From Negaprion brevirostris (lineage: Eukaryota): a stretch of DNA of 64,000 bases. The stretch is taken from contig JARDVH010000163.1 of the NCBI GenBank assembly GCA_030324005.1, forward strand, positions 84,016,467 to 84,080,466. Direction: 5' to 3'. The translations under genes were made by a program, and so were the position numbers. This document shows, piece by piece, positions 1-11,690 of the stretch. The first letter of the stretch is position 1, and each line of letters starts with the position of its first letter. Under the pieces are notes generated by a model. That model had not been told where the DNA came from and did no database searches. It saw nothing but the letters and a program-made list of their open reading frames with translations.

Positions 1-171
1 AATCCACCTAACCGGCACATCTTTGGATTGTGGGAGGAAATCGGAGCACCCGATGGAAACTCACGCAGACACGGGGAAAATGTACAAACTCCACACAGCC
101 AGTCACCTGAGGCCTGGATTGAACCTGGGTCCCTGGCCCTGTGAGGCAGCAGTGCTAACTACTGTGCCACA
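1..171 (-). mobile_element. HE1/V-SINE, 5' half
   Basis: Minus strand gtggcacagtagttagcactgctgcctcac...ggttcaatcc...V-domain gtgtggagtttgtacatt...gggtgctccg. Confidence 0.88.
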
Positions 172-857
172 GTAAGGCAGGGTGGCTTAATACTCAAAAG
201 AGAGCACAACTGATGGTGCAGCACTCCCTTTTATGGAGAGTCAGCCTCCATGAAGTAGGCTTTAAATCCACAGTCTTTTGACTCTGAAGCAAGATTGTGA
301 CCATTCAACCACACCTGGCAACAAATTCGAGATCGGCAAGGTAACGTGAGAATATAGTATAATCGTTTCAAAAATCAATAAACCAGGATAAAGAAAATTT
401 GGACATTTTTAAACAATCAGAAGATGAAAAGAAAGTAAAATTTCATGAGACATTATAAACTGAAATGTTTCACTGTTGTCAAATTCGCTGACGGTACTCC
501 TAATTACATATCTGGTATACATTCAAAATCTCATCAATCACTATTACAGATGTACCTATTTAATTTTCCCAAAGGATGTTCTCCCATTAATCCAGAGAAT
601 CCATATATTCTTCGAGTGGAACTGAAAAGGTTTGTTAAAATGCTGACACAATTGATTAATGGTCATATTTTACTGTGCCAGTTTTATGACGGATACCACC
701 AGTATTGCCATGCCGCTATTTATTTGGGTGTAAAGTCAGGATGACCTAAACAAACAGCTGGATTAAAATGTCATTAATGTGTAATTTAAAAGCAATTGTG
801 TCAGATGACCTTTCATCATTCAGAGAAAAAGAAGTCAGTTACAGAACCACCGACGCA

Positions 858-2300
858 GGGGGCAGGATTTTTGTGCCCAGGATCATCACATGCCAACTCC
901 TCGTTGCATCGGCAGAGATGGAGAGGGGTGGGGGAGTGCAGGCGTATGCCCGCCATTCAAATGGAGCAGTCAACAGCAGGGACTAGTTGAGACAGCAGAA
1001 AGGCATGGGTGATTTCAAAAGGAGCCAGCAGTTTTTACTGTGGTTGTTGCAGTTCAATGGGGGATGGCAGAGAAGGTGGTTCGGAGAGCCACCAGAAGGA
1101 AAAGTACCCCTGCAACACTATAATAACAGATAAATGTACACATCCATTTGGAGTGTGATCGAACGAGCCGTCAGCATGGAGGTGCTCTGCTGAAGGCACC
1201 AACCAGGCTCTTCAGAATGACAGAAGTTCTTATTTCACAACAACCAGCTTTAACTCTGCACGAGGAACAAGGTGAAAATCTTATGTTATCTGTGGACAAT
1301 TCTAAGGAAGAATGAAACAATGAGGAGGAAAACGAAGAGGACAGTGAAGCAGCAGCAGCTCACGTTGTTCCCCCTTATGCTTTTATTATTGTAAAGTTCA
1401 CTCAGTTCACACCACTGGTCTGATGTTGGAAACACATGCAATGGTCACTCTTCCCCCGCAGCCCTGCTAACCCACTGCCACTACTACAAACCACCTTGTA
1501 CTTGCCTCCATTGGTCCCTGTCAATCCATGAACTCCCATCCACCATTTAGCAATATAAAAAGTGATTTTACCACCCAGCTACCTGGAAAAGATGAGAAAG
1601 TGGTACAAAATAATAAAATTTTGTGATTCATAGATACTTCCATTTTCACAAACACCCATACGTATATTCGAGTGTAACTGCAATTTTTACTTTTCCTCTT
1701 CCTCCTGCTCCTAACTGGATAACTTATATCTCAGATGTGGTGGAGGTAGGATGCTCAGATCCTTGCTCTGTCCCTTGAGAAGCTTTGAATTTGGAGCCTA
1801 TGCGGCCTGCCTCAAATGCAGCTCTTCCTGCACATATACAGGGGCCGTCGCAGCCATTAGGATAAAGGCTACATGCACTGTGAGGGGTGAGGGCGGCTGG
1901 CCATGTGAGAGAAGTGGATTCCCATTTCTATGTCCCTTTCACTATCATCCCTCTCATAGCCAGCCATATTTCACTGTTACCTGTGATACAGATCAGTGCG
2001 GGCCAAGGTTTTGAGTATTTAGAGCAGCAGATGTATTGACATCTAAAATGTGCAGGGCCATGATTAAGGCCTTTACGGATTTAATTTAATGTTCCACAGA
2101 TTTGGCCAACCCATCCACGACATGACAATGTCCAGCACTATCAAGCCACTCATACTCTCCATTCTCTGTTCTCAGTTTGCTAGGAAGGCCTGTCAGTCAG
2201 TCACACATTGCCTACTGCTACTCAATGATTCTCTGCTTCATCGACAACTCACCCTTATCCAGCTGAACAGAACTTGAAGAATACTGTACCCTCGGAGACA
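858..2300 (+). mobile_element. Decayed Harbinger-like element
   Basis: GGGCAGGATTTT-type terminus at ~860; SVIERAVSM (~1152-1178), like the C-terminal catalytic-E motif; acidic EEENEEDSE tail. Confidence 0.45.
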
Positions 2301-2349
2301 CACTCTCCACTGATGTCCGTGACCACCAACTACATTTGCTGAATTATAG

Positions 2350-4110
2350 TCATAGAGTCATAGAATACCGAAGAGGCCCTTTGGCCCATCGATTCTGCAC
2401 TGACAAAACTACACTAAATCTACACTAATGCCATTTTCCAGCACTTGGCCTATAGCCTTGAATGTTATGACATTTCAATTGCTCATCCACGTATCTTTTA
2501 AAGGTTGTAAGTTTTCCAGCCTGCACTATCCTCCCAGACAGCGCATTCCAGATTCCCACCACCCCCTGGGTGAAAGGAAATTTCATCAAATCCCTTCCAA
2601 ATCTCCTGCCCTTCACTTTAAAATTATGCCCCCTTGTTATCGATCCTTCAGTTAAGGGAAACAGTTTTTTTCCTATCCACTTTGGCCATACCTCTCAGAA
2701 TCTTATACACCTCACTCAGGGCTCCCTCAGCTTTCTCTGCTCTAAAGCAAATAACCCAAACCTTTCCAGCCTCTCTTCATAGCTAAAATGCTCCATGAAG
2801 AAGGGAAAGGATTAATGAATTTAATGAATGTTGTACCTAGCATATATCACAAACATAACCCTTCCTCATGGCTGATCTCCTCAAGCTTATACTGTTCCTG
2901 GCATCAATATATTCATGTTTTCCTTACTTGTTCATGTCTTTCATTCTTTAACTTTCATTTCCATAATGACAGATAGTTAAATATGGATATTATTTTATAG
3001 ACATTGCAAACCTTACTTGTTTGTACTAGCTAAACATAGTTAAACAGCTGCAGATGGTACAGTGCGATAACAGCTATTTTACAGGAGGACTCCTGCTGGG
3101 AAGGTGCGACCACACAAGTTATTTCAATGAAGAAGCTGCTGGAGTTGCTGGAAAAGATGTGGGTCATGACTGTACCGATGACTACATCGTGACTGAAGCT
3201 TCCAGATGAACTGCGGGTCCTGGCTGAAGCCGGGGGCTGTCTCATGACTGGAGTCAGGAGCGCTGCAGGTCTTGACTGATACCAGAGTTTGCATCATGAC
3301 TGGTGCTAGGAACCATGATGTAAAAAATACCCACACTTATTTGTGTTCAGTGAGAAAATTGGCAAACTGCTGTTAGGTGCCAGATCTCTCCCAAAAGCTT
3401 TTATAATAAAACTACTGTACTTTGATTTACTGACAGTCTTGGAGGTACCATTTTTCCTACTCCATCCCATGCAACTTCCTGGTGAATCTCCTCTGCACCT
3501 TTTCTGGTGCAATCACATCCCTCCCATAGCAAAGGGATCAGAACTGCACACAGTACTCCAGCAGTGGTCTAACCAAAGTTTTGTACACCTCCAACATAAC
3601 CTCCCTGTTCTTATAATCTATGCCACAACAGATAAAGGTCCATGTCCCATATGCCTACTTAATTCCCTATTAACCTGTCCTGCTGTCTTCAGGGATCAGT
3701 AGACAAGCACCCGTTCCTCTGAGCTTCCTAGGTCCTGCCATTCATTAAGTACTTGCTTATCTTGTTACTCCTTCCAAAGTACATCACGTCACACTTATCA
3801 GGGTTGAGTTCCATCTGTCACTGCTCTGCCCATCTGACCAACTCATCAATATCTTCCCACAACAAAAGACTTTTTTCCTCACTATTAACTACTCTGCCAA
3901 TCTTCGTGACATCCACACAAACTTACTTATCATCTCCCTACATTCTCATCTTTATCATTTAAGTATATAACAAACAGTAAGGGACCAGCACTGACCCACG
4001 TGGTATGCCACTGAACACCAGTCTCCAGTCTCACAAATCCTGTTTGGCCCTCACCCTTTTTCTCCTCCCACTAAGCTAATTTCATATCCACCTTGCCAAG
4101 TTTCCCTGCA
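2350..4110 (-). mobile_element. CR1/HER1 LINE 3' portion in two pieces (2350-2795 and 3465-4110)
   Basis: KGRRFGRDL..FTQGVVGIWNAL...TFKRYVD (ORF 2425..2616) plus a 3' microsatellite tail. RT motifs lie upstream on the minus strand. Confidence 0.85.
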
Positions 4111-4578
4111 AAGTGCAACTCATCTGTCACTAGTCCTTCAACATGAACAGGTTCATTTCAGAAGAATATGATGATGTGATTGAGGCGCAGAGCTAGGTGT
4201 AGAGCAGAGAGAAAAAAATCCTTTGCGGAAAGCAGTTAGTCTGCAGCTGAAGCCTGGTTGAAGTTAGAAGGATTTTTCAGGCTTCTGGAACTCTACCTCT
4301 CTCTGAAAGCTCCAAGACTTAATAAATATGTTAAAACAAGTATGCCTAGGTTTGCTAACTGTGTTTATTTAAAAGTGAATTTGATTTATACACGAATGAG
4401 GCTTAGTTGGAACTGGAACAGTCAGAAATTAGAAAGTAAAGTTGCTTCCGTTCATTAGTAAATATTGAGGGGGTGATGCACATAGCAGGCTGTAGCGTAA
4501 TGCGCCAATCTTTCGTAACTTTGTTAAAACATTAATGCATTTCCTGCATTAATGCCAGAAGCATGCCACAATGATCCT

Positions 4579-4955
4579 TGGGCAGCACAGTGGCACAGTT
4601 TTATCACTGCTGCAAAACAGTACAGTTTTGCAGCAGTGATAACACTGTGCCACCGTGTTCCATTCCAGGCTCAGGTGACTGTCTGTGTAGAGTTTGCACG
4701 TTCTCCCCATGTCTGTGTGGGTTTCTTCTAGGTGCCCTGGTTTCCTCCCACAGTCCAACAATGTACAGGTTAGATGGATTAGCCATGCTAAATCACCTTT
4801 TAGTGCCCAAAGATGTGTAGGTTAGGTGAATTAGACATGGGAAATGCATGGAGTTATGGGGGTAGGGCAAAGGGGAAGGCCAAGGTGGGATGATCTTTTA
4901 GAGACTCAGTGCGAACTCAGTGGGCCATATAGCCTCTTTCTGTAGTGCAGGGATT
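4579..4955 (+). mobile_element. HE1/V-SINE with a palindromic rearrangement in its head
   Basis: V-domain gtctgtgtagagtttgcacgttctcccc...cacagtccaa and CR1-derived tail. Confidence 0.85.
4586..4657. repeat. 72 bp spacerless palindrome
   Basis: cacagtggcacagttttatcactgctgcaaaacagt|acagttttgcagcagtgataacactgtgccaccgtg; 33 of 36 positions pair. Confidence 0.95.
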
Positions 4956-5450
4956 GGCTGGATTTTATGGATCTAACTGCTCAGCTCCTGAACTATCTCC
5001 AGCCATAGCTTATTTTAGTGGCCGCATGTTTCTTCCTCCATTTGCTGATGATAGATTATCTCTTTCCAGCTCATCACAACTCTCAGCAGTTCAGTGATGT
5101 AGGTTTACAACCTTTGACCTGAATACAATGTAAAAAGTTCTTCATCCCTTTTTTCCAAATTTAAACTTCATCTTTGAATTGGCCCTTTAAATATTGGATT
5201 ACTGTGTCCTGCAGTCTGTGCGGTTGGTTCCAAATTCAGAAATAAATTGAGGTGTTAAAATGGCTCAGGCAGACACTCTGAACTTCATTCCAAGTTTCCC
5301 ACCTGAGGCTGGGCCAGACCGCTCTGCTCCCAACATGAGTCCACATTAATATTATGTCAAACTGTGCCATGTTGCTTCACTGGTGTTTGATTAGTGTACT
5401 CCCTGTTGCCCAGCGTGCCACTTTTCACACCAGCATGCCTCACCAGCGAG

Positions 5451-5687
5451 TGGCGCGGTGCCACAGTGGTTAGCATTGCTGCCTCTTAGCACTAGGAATC
5501 TAGGCTCGATTCCAGCCTTGGATGATTGTGTGGAGATTGTCTGCATGAGTTTCCTCGCACAGTCCAAAGATGTGTAGGTTAGGGGGATTAGCGGGTTAAA
5601 GACTTTGGATTGTGGGGATGGAGCCTGGATAAAATTCTCTGTCGGAGAGTCAGTACAGACTCCTTCTGCATTGTAGGGATCCTATGA
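5451..5687 (+). mobile_element. HE1/V-SINE, internally deleted
   Basis: Head cacagtggttagcattgctgcct, then cacagtccaaagatgtgtaggttagg, then tail tgtagggatcctatga. Confidence 0.8.
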
Positions 5688-6379
5688 ATCCTCTTGATTT
5701 ACAAAGTAAGATTTCCAATTAATGCTGAGTTAAAGAAAATTATGGCTCTGTAGGCTCGCTCCTACAATCGACTGACCACTTAGATTCCTTAGAGCCAGGA
5801 GTGTGCGATGTCTTCAATCGAGTTAAAGTATACTGAATTCAGATCTGGAAGCTACTGTTCCTTCCAAATCCTTCATTCGAATGATTAATGGAGACTTGAC
5901 AACTTTGCTTGGCATCTATTTTGCCCCTTAAGTGATTTGCATAACTTCTGGAAACTTGATAAAACAACATTTGTAAGAGAGAAGCTAAAGACCTGGCCAC
6001 ATTTGAAAGCAATGGTCGCTGAGAGGAATGTTGCTGATGTAATCGATAGTGTCACTGAACATCTTATGAATTGCACAATAAGCCATCTGTGAAATTGAGC
6101 CTGCACCTGTAATAACTGTTTGCTAGCAGGACAATGCATTCCTTTTCTTATTATTCCAAATGTGTTAATCCATGTTAAAGTGTGAAGGCCCGAGCATCGA
6201 TATCAATTGCAAAGAGAAAAGTGCTGGATTTTCTGCTGCAAGTTAAAATATTGTGTTTCCACAACTTCACTATAGGACATAAATAAAAGAATCGCATCGC
6301 CACTTCTCTTCGCTCTGTTGAAATGGAATGATTCACAGTGGCCATTTTGAGATACACAGCCATGGCAAACAAAGCAAAA

Positions 6380-6823
6380 AATAAATTGTATTTACATAGA
6401 ACATGACATAGCCTCAAGACATCTCATAGTGCTTTGCAGCCAATTAAGATCTTTTTAGAAGTCTAATCCCTGTCATAATGTAAGTAATACAACAACCAGT
6501 TTACACACAGCAAGGTTCTGCATACAGCAATGGGATAAATGGCATCATCCATTTTAGCAACCTTGATTGAGGCATAATTATTGGCCAGGATTCCAGGGAG
6601 AACTTACCTGCCGTTCTATTAAATAGCGTTCAGGGATAATGATCTTCCCCCCCCCCCCGTGAGGGACGACGGGAATCAATTTAATGCCATGCCCACAAAA
6701 ATCTCTGATGGTGCCACAATCATTAGTGAGTGTCTATCCAGAATCAGATCATGCACTCACGTCTCCAGGGTGGGAGACCTTTAACTTTCCGACTCAGGGA
6801 CGAGAGTGTTACTGCTGAGCCAC
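6380..6823 (-). mobile_element. Old DeuSINE/SacSINE1-like SINE, near full length
   Basis: Decayed match to the family layout as I recall it: gtgctttgcagccaat...cacacagcaagg...ttggccagga...ggagaacttacctgc...ccgactcagggacgagagtg...tgagccac. Confidence 0.65.
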
Positions 6824-7099
6824 AGTGAAGTATTTAGGAAGACAGGTACAGAATTGAAGAACGTAATGCTCTTTGTAATAATTCATTTTGCACAAATTTG
6901 AAGAAGATTTTAAAGTTATAAACTCAGTACTTGGTAGGGTTTCGCCTGAAAACCAAGGATACCTGCCCACCTTCAATGGACCTTTACATAGTCCAACCCC
7001 CCCACTAGAATTCCAGTGGAGGGAGGGATGGGAGAATTCCAGCCAGTGTATCTTACTTTGAAAAACCTTTTGACCGTTCACAAATATTGCATTCCTAAC

Positions 7100-7727
7100 A
7101 GTTGGAGATGCCGGCATTGGACTGGGGTGGATACAGTAAGAAGTCTCACAACACCAGATTAAAGTCCAACAGAGTTATTTGGTAGCACCAGCTTCCAGAG
7201 CACCACCCCTTCATCAGGTGAGCGGAGAGTTGGGTTCACAAACAGGGCAAATATAGACACAATTACAAGATAATGGTTGGAGTGCGAGTCTTAACAGGTA
7301 ATCAAGTCTTTACAGGTACGGACAATGCGAGTGGAGAGAGGGTTAAGCACAGATTAAGAGGTGTGAATTGTCTCAAGCCAGAACACTTAGTAAGATTTTG
7401 CAAGCCCAGGCAAGTCGTGCAGGTTACAAGTAGTGTGACATGAACCCAAGATCTCAGTTGAGGCCATCCTCATGTGTGCAGAACTTGGTTATCAGTTTCT
7501 GCTCAGCGATTCTGCATTGTTACGTGTCTTGAAAGCCGCCTTGGGGAACGCTTACCCAAAGATCGGAGGCTGAATGTCCTCGACTGCTGAAGCATTCTCT
7601 GACAGGAAGGAGATACTCCTGCCTGGTGATTGTCCACTGGTGTTCATTCATCCGTTGTCATAGCATTTGCATGGTCTCACCAATGTACCATGCCTCAGGA
7701 CATTCTTTCCTGCAGCGTATCAGGTAA
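7100..7727 (-). mobile_element. Penelope-like retroelement 3' end (GIY-YIG endonuclease plus pLTR)
   Basis: Minus strand YLIRCRKECPEAWYIGETMQ...QRMNEH...AEQKLITKF...GLN.DLGFMSHY, followed by a terminal repeat with a decayed hammerhead-like ctgatgaagg motif. Confidence 0.85.
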
Positions 7728-7854
7728 CAGTACTAAGGGAGTCGATGACACTGATGAGAATTTTAATTCTGTTACTCAATTATGGTAATTATAAACTTGA
7801 ACATTAATCATATGTGGTAGACTATTGTGAAACTTCACATTCATTACAGAATTT

Positions 7855-8115
7855 TAAAGTTTATTTATTATTGCCACAAGTAGGCTTACATTAACACTGC
7901 AATGGAGTCACTGTGAAACCCCCCTAGTCACCACACTCTGGCGGCTGTTCAGTCACACTGAGGGAGAATTTAGCACAGCCAATGCACCTAACCAGCACAT
8001 CTTTCAAACTTGGGAGGAAGCCGAGCACCCGGAGGAAACGCATGCAGTCACAGGAAGAACGTGCAGACTTCGCACAGACAGTGACAAAGCCGGGAATCGA
8101 ACTCAGGTTCCTGGT
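7855..8115 (-). mobile_element. V-SINE variant with an alternative tail
   Basis: V-domain plus tail ...ttgcagtgttaatgtaagcctacttgtg...taataaataaacttt. Confidence 0.85.
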
Positions 8116-8379
8116 CACATTCTGGGACAGAGATCAGGAACTAGTATCCATTGAAGGTGCATAAGGCAGAGGAGTGTGGGAATATTCACAAAGGATTCTA
8201 CACTGTTCCATTCCATTCATAGTTCCTTTGACCATGTCAGCCTGCCAAAGGATCTGGATAATATCCAGACTTACACCAAAAGCTGGTAGGTTGGATTCAT
8301 GCCATGTGAGTGCCAGGTAATGGAACAAGAGAAATCCCTGTACCGTCTCCCTTCATCTTTCAGTGGGTAAAATTGTCAA

Positions 8380-9000
8380 TAAGGCCATTCAGCCGATCGA
8401 GTCTGCTCCACTATTCAATCATAGCTAATAACTGTTGATCTAGCAGAAGGAACTCTTCAGTTATAGGCACTAAAATGAAACAAAACTTACTCCAACTTGT
8501 AAATCAAAGAAAAAAGGTTTAATAAAGAAACACCATTACTCCAATACTTGAGGCCTCACCCCGGGCCATTCCAAGGCCCCACAAGCCCCAGCAGCTTTTT
8601 ATTTATATGAGTCAGCTGGTCAGCAACCCACTATATTGATTACATAATTTACTGGATCAGCTGACCCTTACAGCATGTTACCATTGGTCACTACAACAGA
8701 TCCAATGTTATCATTGGTTACATTCCAACAATAAGTTTCTCAACCTCATTCCCCTGCCTTTACCCCGTAACCATTGATCCTTTACCATTCAAGAATCTAT
8801 CTCTGTCTTAAATATATTCAATGACCTGGCCTCCACATCCTTGTAAGGCAATGAATTCCATAGAATCACCACCCTCAGCCTGAAGAAATTCCACCTGACT
8901 TTGGTTTTAAAGGGTAGTCCCTTTACTCTGAGGTTATGCCCTCAGATCCTAGTCTTGCCTACTAATGGAAACATTTTTCCCACATCCACTCTACCCGGGT
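8380..9000 (-). mobile_element. CR1 3' fragment (host of the solo LTR at 8433-8730)
   Basis: Tail aaggccattcagccgatcgagtctgctcc and coding-derived tgaagaaattcc...actctgagg. Confidence 0.8.
8433..8730 (-). mobile_element. Solo LTR (298 bp) inserted in a CR1 3' tail
   Basis: TGTTG...CAACA termini with a 5-bp TSD ATAAC/ATAAG. The minus strand reads two CCAAT motifs, then TATAAAT, then ATTAAA. The CR1 tail is continuous across the insertion. Confidence 0.75.
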
Positions 9001-9659
9001 ATTTCAGTACTGAACAATACTGAAGAAGCTCAATAACATCCAAGACAAAGCTGTCAGCATTCCTACCATTGAACTCCCTGGATCCCACTCACTCATTCCA
9101 CACCACCTCTTCCTTCATGCACCAAACAAACTTACGATGCACTTGTATCATCCAACCAAACTTACTTTGACATCTACTACTAAGAAGCAAAGCAAGATTG
9201 TGGCACAATCAGTTGCAAGTTCCCTTTCAAGTTACACATCAGGCAGGCACCAATTCTACTGTTCCTTCATCAGCATTGAATGGAAAATCTTGGAGCTGTT
9301 GATCTATCATCTGGACTGACCTTCTCAGCCTTGACCCTGTTCCATTCTTCTTTTCACTAGCAATCTGGAGGGGATATCATCAGAGGCAGCAATGTACCCT
9401 TTGCTAATTGAGTCACCAAGAGTGGTTAATTCTTCATCCAAAAGATAATCAATTTGCTAATCACCACAGGCAGAATCCATAGAATGAGACAGTGTATGGA
9501 AAAATGATATGTTGTGTACAGTGCCAGAGGATGCAAATCAATAACTGCGTCAAAAATAATCAACTATACTTTCCAAACTTCCTTCCGTTAGAAAAGTTTG
9601 GCACCTTGATTTGATAATCACATTCTTTATAAAGGAAGGCAGCAGAGAACAGGAGCATA

Positions 9660-11690
9660 CTAGACTGGACACACAATCCAGAGCCTGGACTTATGCTTCA
9701 GAGACACTATGGTAATTGGGCGAACTTACATTCAATTCATTCAATAAATCTGGAATAATGAGACATTAGTGATGATTGTGAAAATACCAGATTGCTGTAC
9801 AAATCTGCTTCACTAATGTCCTTTAGGGAAGGAAATCTGCCATCCTTACTTGGTCTGGCCTACATATGTTTCAAGAGCCACAGTTATGTGATTGACCCTT
9901 AACTACAATCTGAAATGGCCAAGCAAGCCACTCTCTTGTATCAAACTGCTACAGAAAGTCAAACAAGAATAAAAGCAGATGGATCCTGCAGAATTAGTCT
10001 ATACATCAGAAATGACAAAGGTACATTCAGGCCAGTCAATGTTACAAAGTGCTCCTCACTGATATTTGGTGACTTCTGCCAAAATTGAGGAAGATGTCCC
10101 ATATACAATCGAGCAACAGCATGACATATTCTTACTAGCTGAAGCATACCCTACAGCAATAATCAGACTTTCCCCATCACCATCCACTTGTATGAAGTTG
10201 TTCCATCAGTCGACATAGTGGTATACCAGTTCAGTGGTTTACCATTGTTGGGAGTGGTCCATGGATTCCTCAGCATTGACTCTGGATCCTTTGGAGTCTC
10301 TTGGATAAGGATGTTTCCATATACCGATGCCTGCCCACTCTCCCCATCCCCCACTCCCTCCTCCTCAACAGATGACTCAGAACCATGAACACCACTTGGA
10401 ATAAACAATGAGGGTAGCATGAGTACTGACTGGGTGGGGGAATCAAAATCCATCACCAAGAGCAGTTTGGTAGAACCACTATTGCTGCCACTGTGCCAAG
10501 GAATAGAGTCAGAACAGATCTAGCAACAATACTAAACACCCATGAGACACTGTGGCCATCAGTACTCATTGTAATCTGTAATCTCATGGCTCTGTAAATC
10601 CCTGACTCGACCATTAGCAACAAGCCAGGATCAGTACTGGTCCAATAAAGAGTGTACCCAAGCATGCCTAAAAATGGAATCAAGGCAAATACCCTTAATT
10701 GGTTGGATTCATACCTAGTACAAAGAAGATTGGTTGTGATTGTTAGAGGACAATCACTGCAGTCTCAGGACATCGCTATAGGAATTCCTCAGGGTCATGT
10801 CCTAGGCTCAATCACCTACAGCTACTTCATGAATTACTTCTCCTCCATTATAAGATCAGAGGAGGTGATGTTCATTGGTGATTGTCCAATGTTCAGCAGC
10901 ATTTGTGATTCCTCAGATACTGAAGTAGTCCAAGCAAGGCCTCAACAACCTTCAGGCTAGGGCTGATAAGTGACAAATAACATCCATGTCACACAAGTGC
11001 CAGGCAATGACTATCTCCAACGAAAGAAAAGCTAACCACCTCCCCTTGAAATTCAAAGGCATAACCATCACCGAATTCCCCATTATCAACGTGCTGGCCA
11101 TTGACTGGAATCTGAACTGGAACAGGCACATAAACCCTGTGGCTACAAGAGCAGGTCAGAGACTGGGAATTCTGCAGTGAGTAACTCACCTCCCAACTCC
11201 TCAAAGCCTGTTCATCTACAAGGCACAAATCAGGAGTGTGATGGAATACTTTCCACTTGCCTGGCTGAGTACAGTTCCAACAACACTCAAGACATCATCC
11301 AGGGCAAAGCAGCCTTCTTGATTGGCACCCCATCCACAACCTTCTACATTCACTCCTTCCACCACCAATGCACAGTGGCAGCAGTGTATACCATGTAAAA
11401 GATGCACTGCAGCAACTCACCAAACTTCCTTCAACAGCACCTTCTTAACCTATTTCCTCTGCCATCTAGAAGGACATCACCATCTAAAAGTTCCTCTCTA
11501 AGCCACATACCACCCTGACTTGGAATTATATCACCATACCTTCACTGTTGCTGGGTCAGGATCCTGGAACTCTCCTTCTATTGTTAAAGAATGCATCTCA
11601 CCCCCAACTTCTCAATGACAATCAAGGATGGGCAATAAATGCTGTCTTAGCCAGCAATGCCCACATCCCAGGAAGGAATAAATGAAAAGG
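9660..11690 (+). mobile_element. Internally deleted CR1-group LINE with a SINE-like 5' region, decayed endonuclease, RT C-terminus and 3' tail
   Basis: RT-like GIPQGHVLG...FIGDC (ORF 10652..10960) and KCQAMTIS...ATRAGQRLGILQ. The tail ggatgggcaataaatgct...cccacatccc and the 5' ~270 bp both match the SINE at 44821-45200. Confidence 0.8.

Noticed and set aside
4170-4530. LTR-like AT-rich fragment (also ~57460-57670)
   Set aside because: The composition is suggestive, but I could not define TG...CA termini or a TSD.
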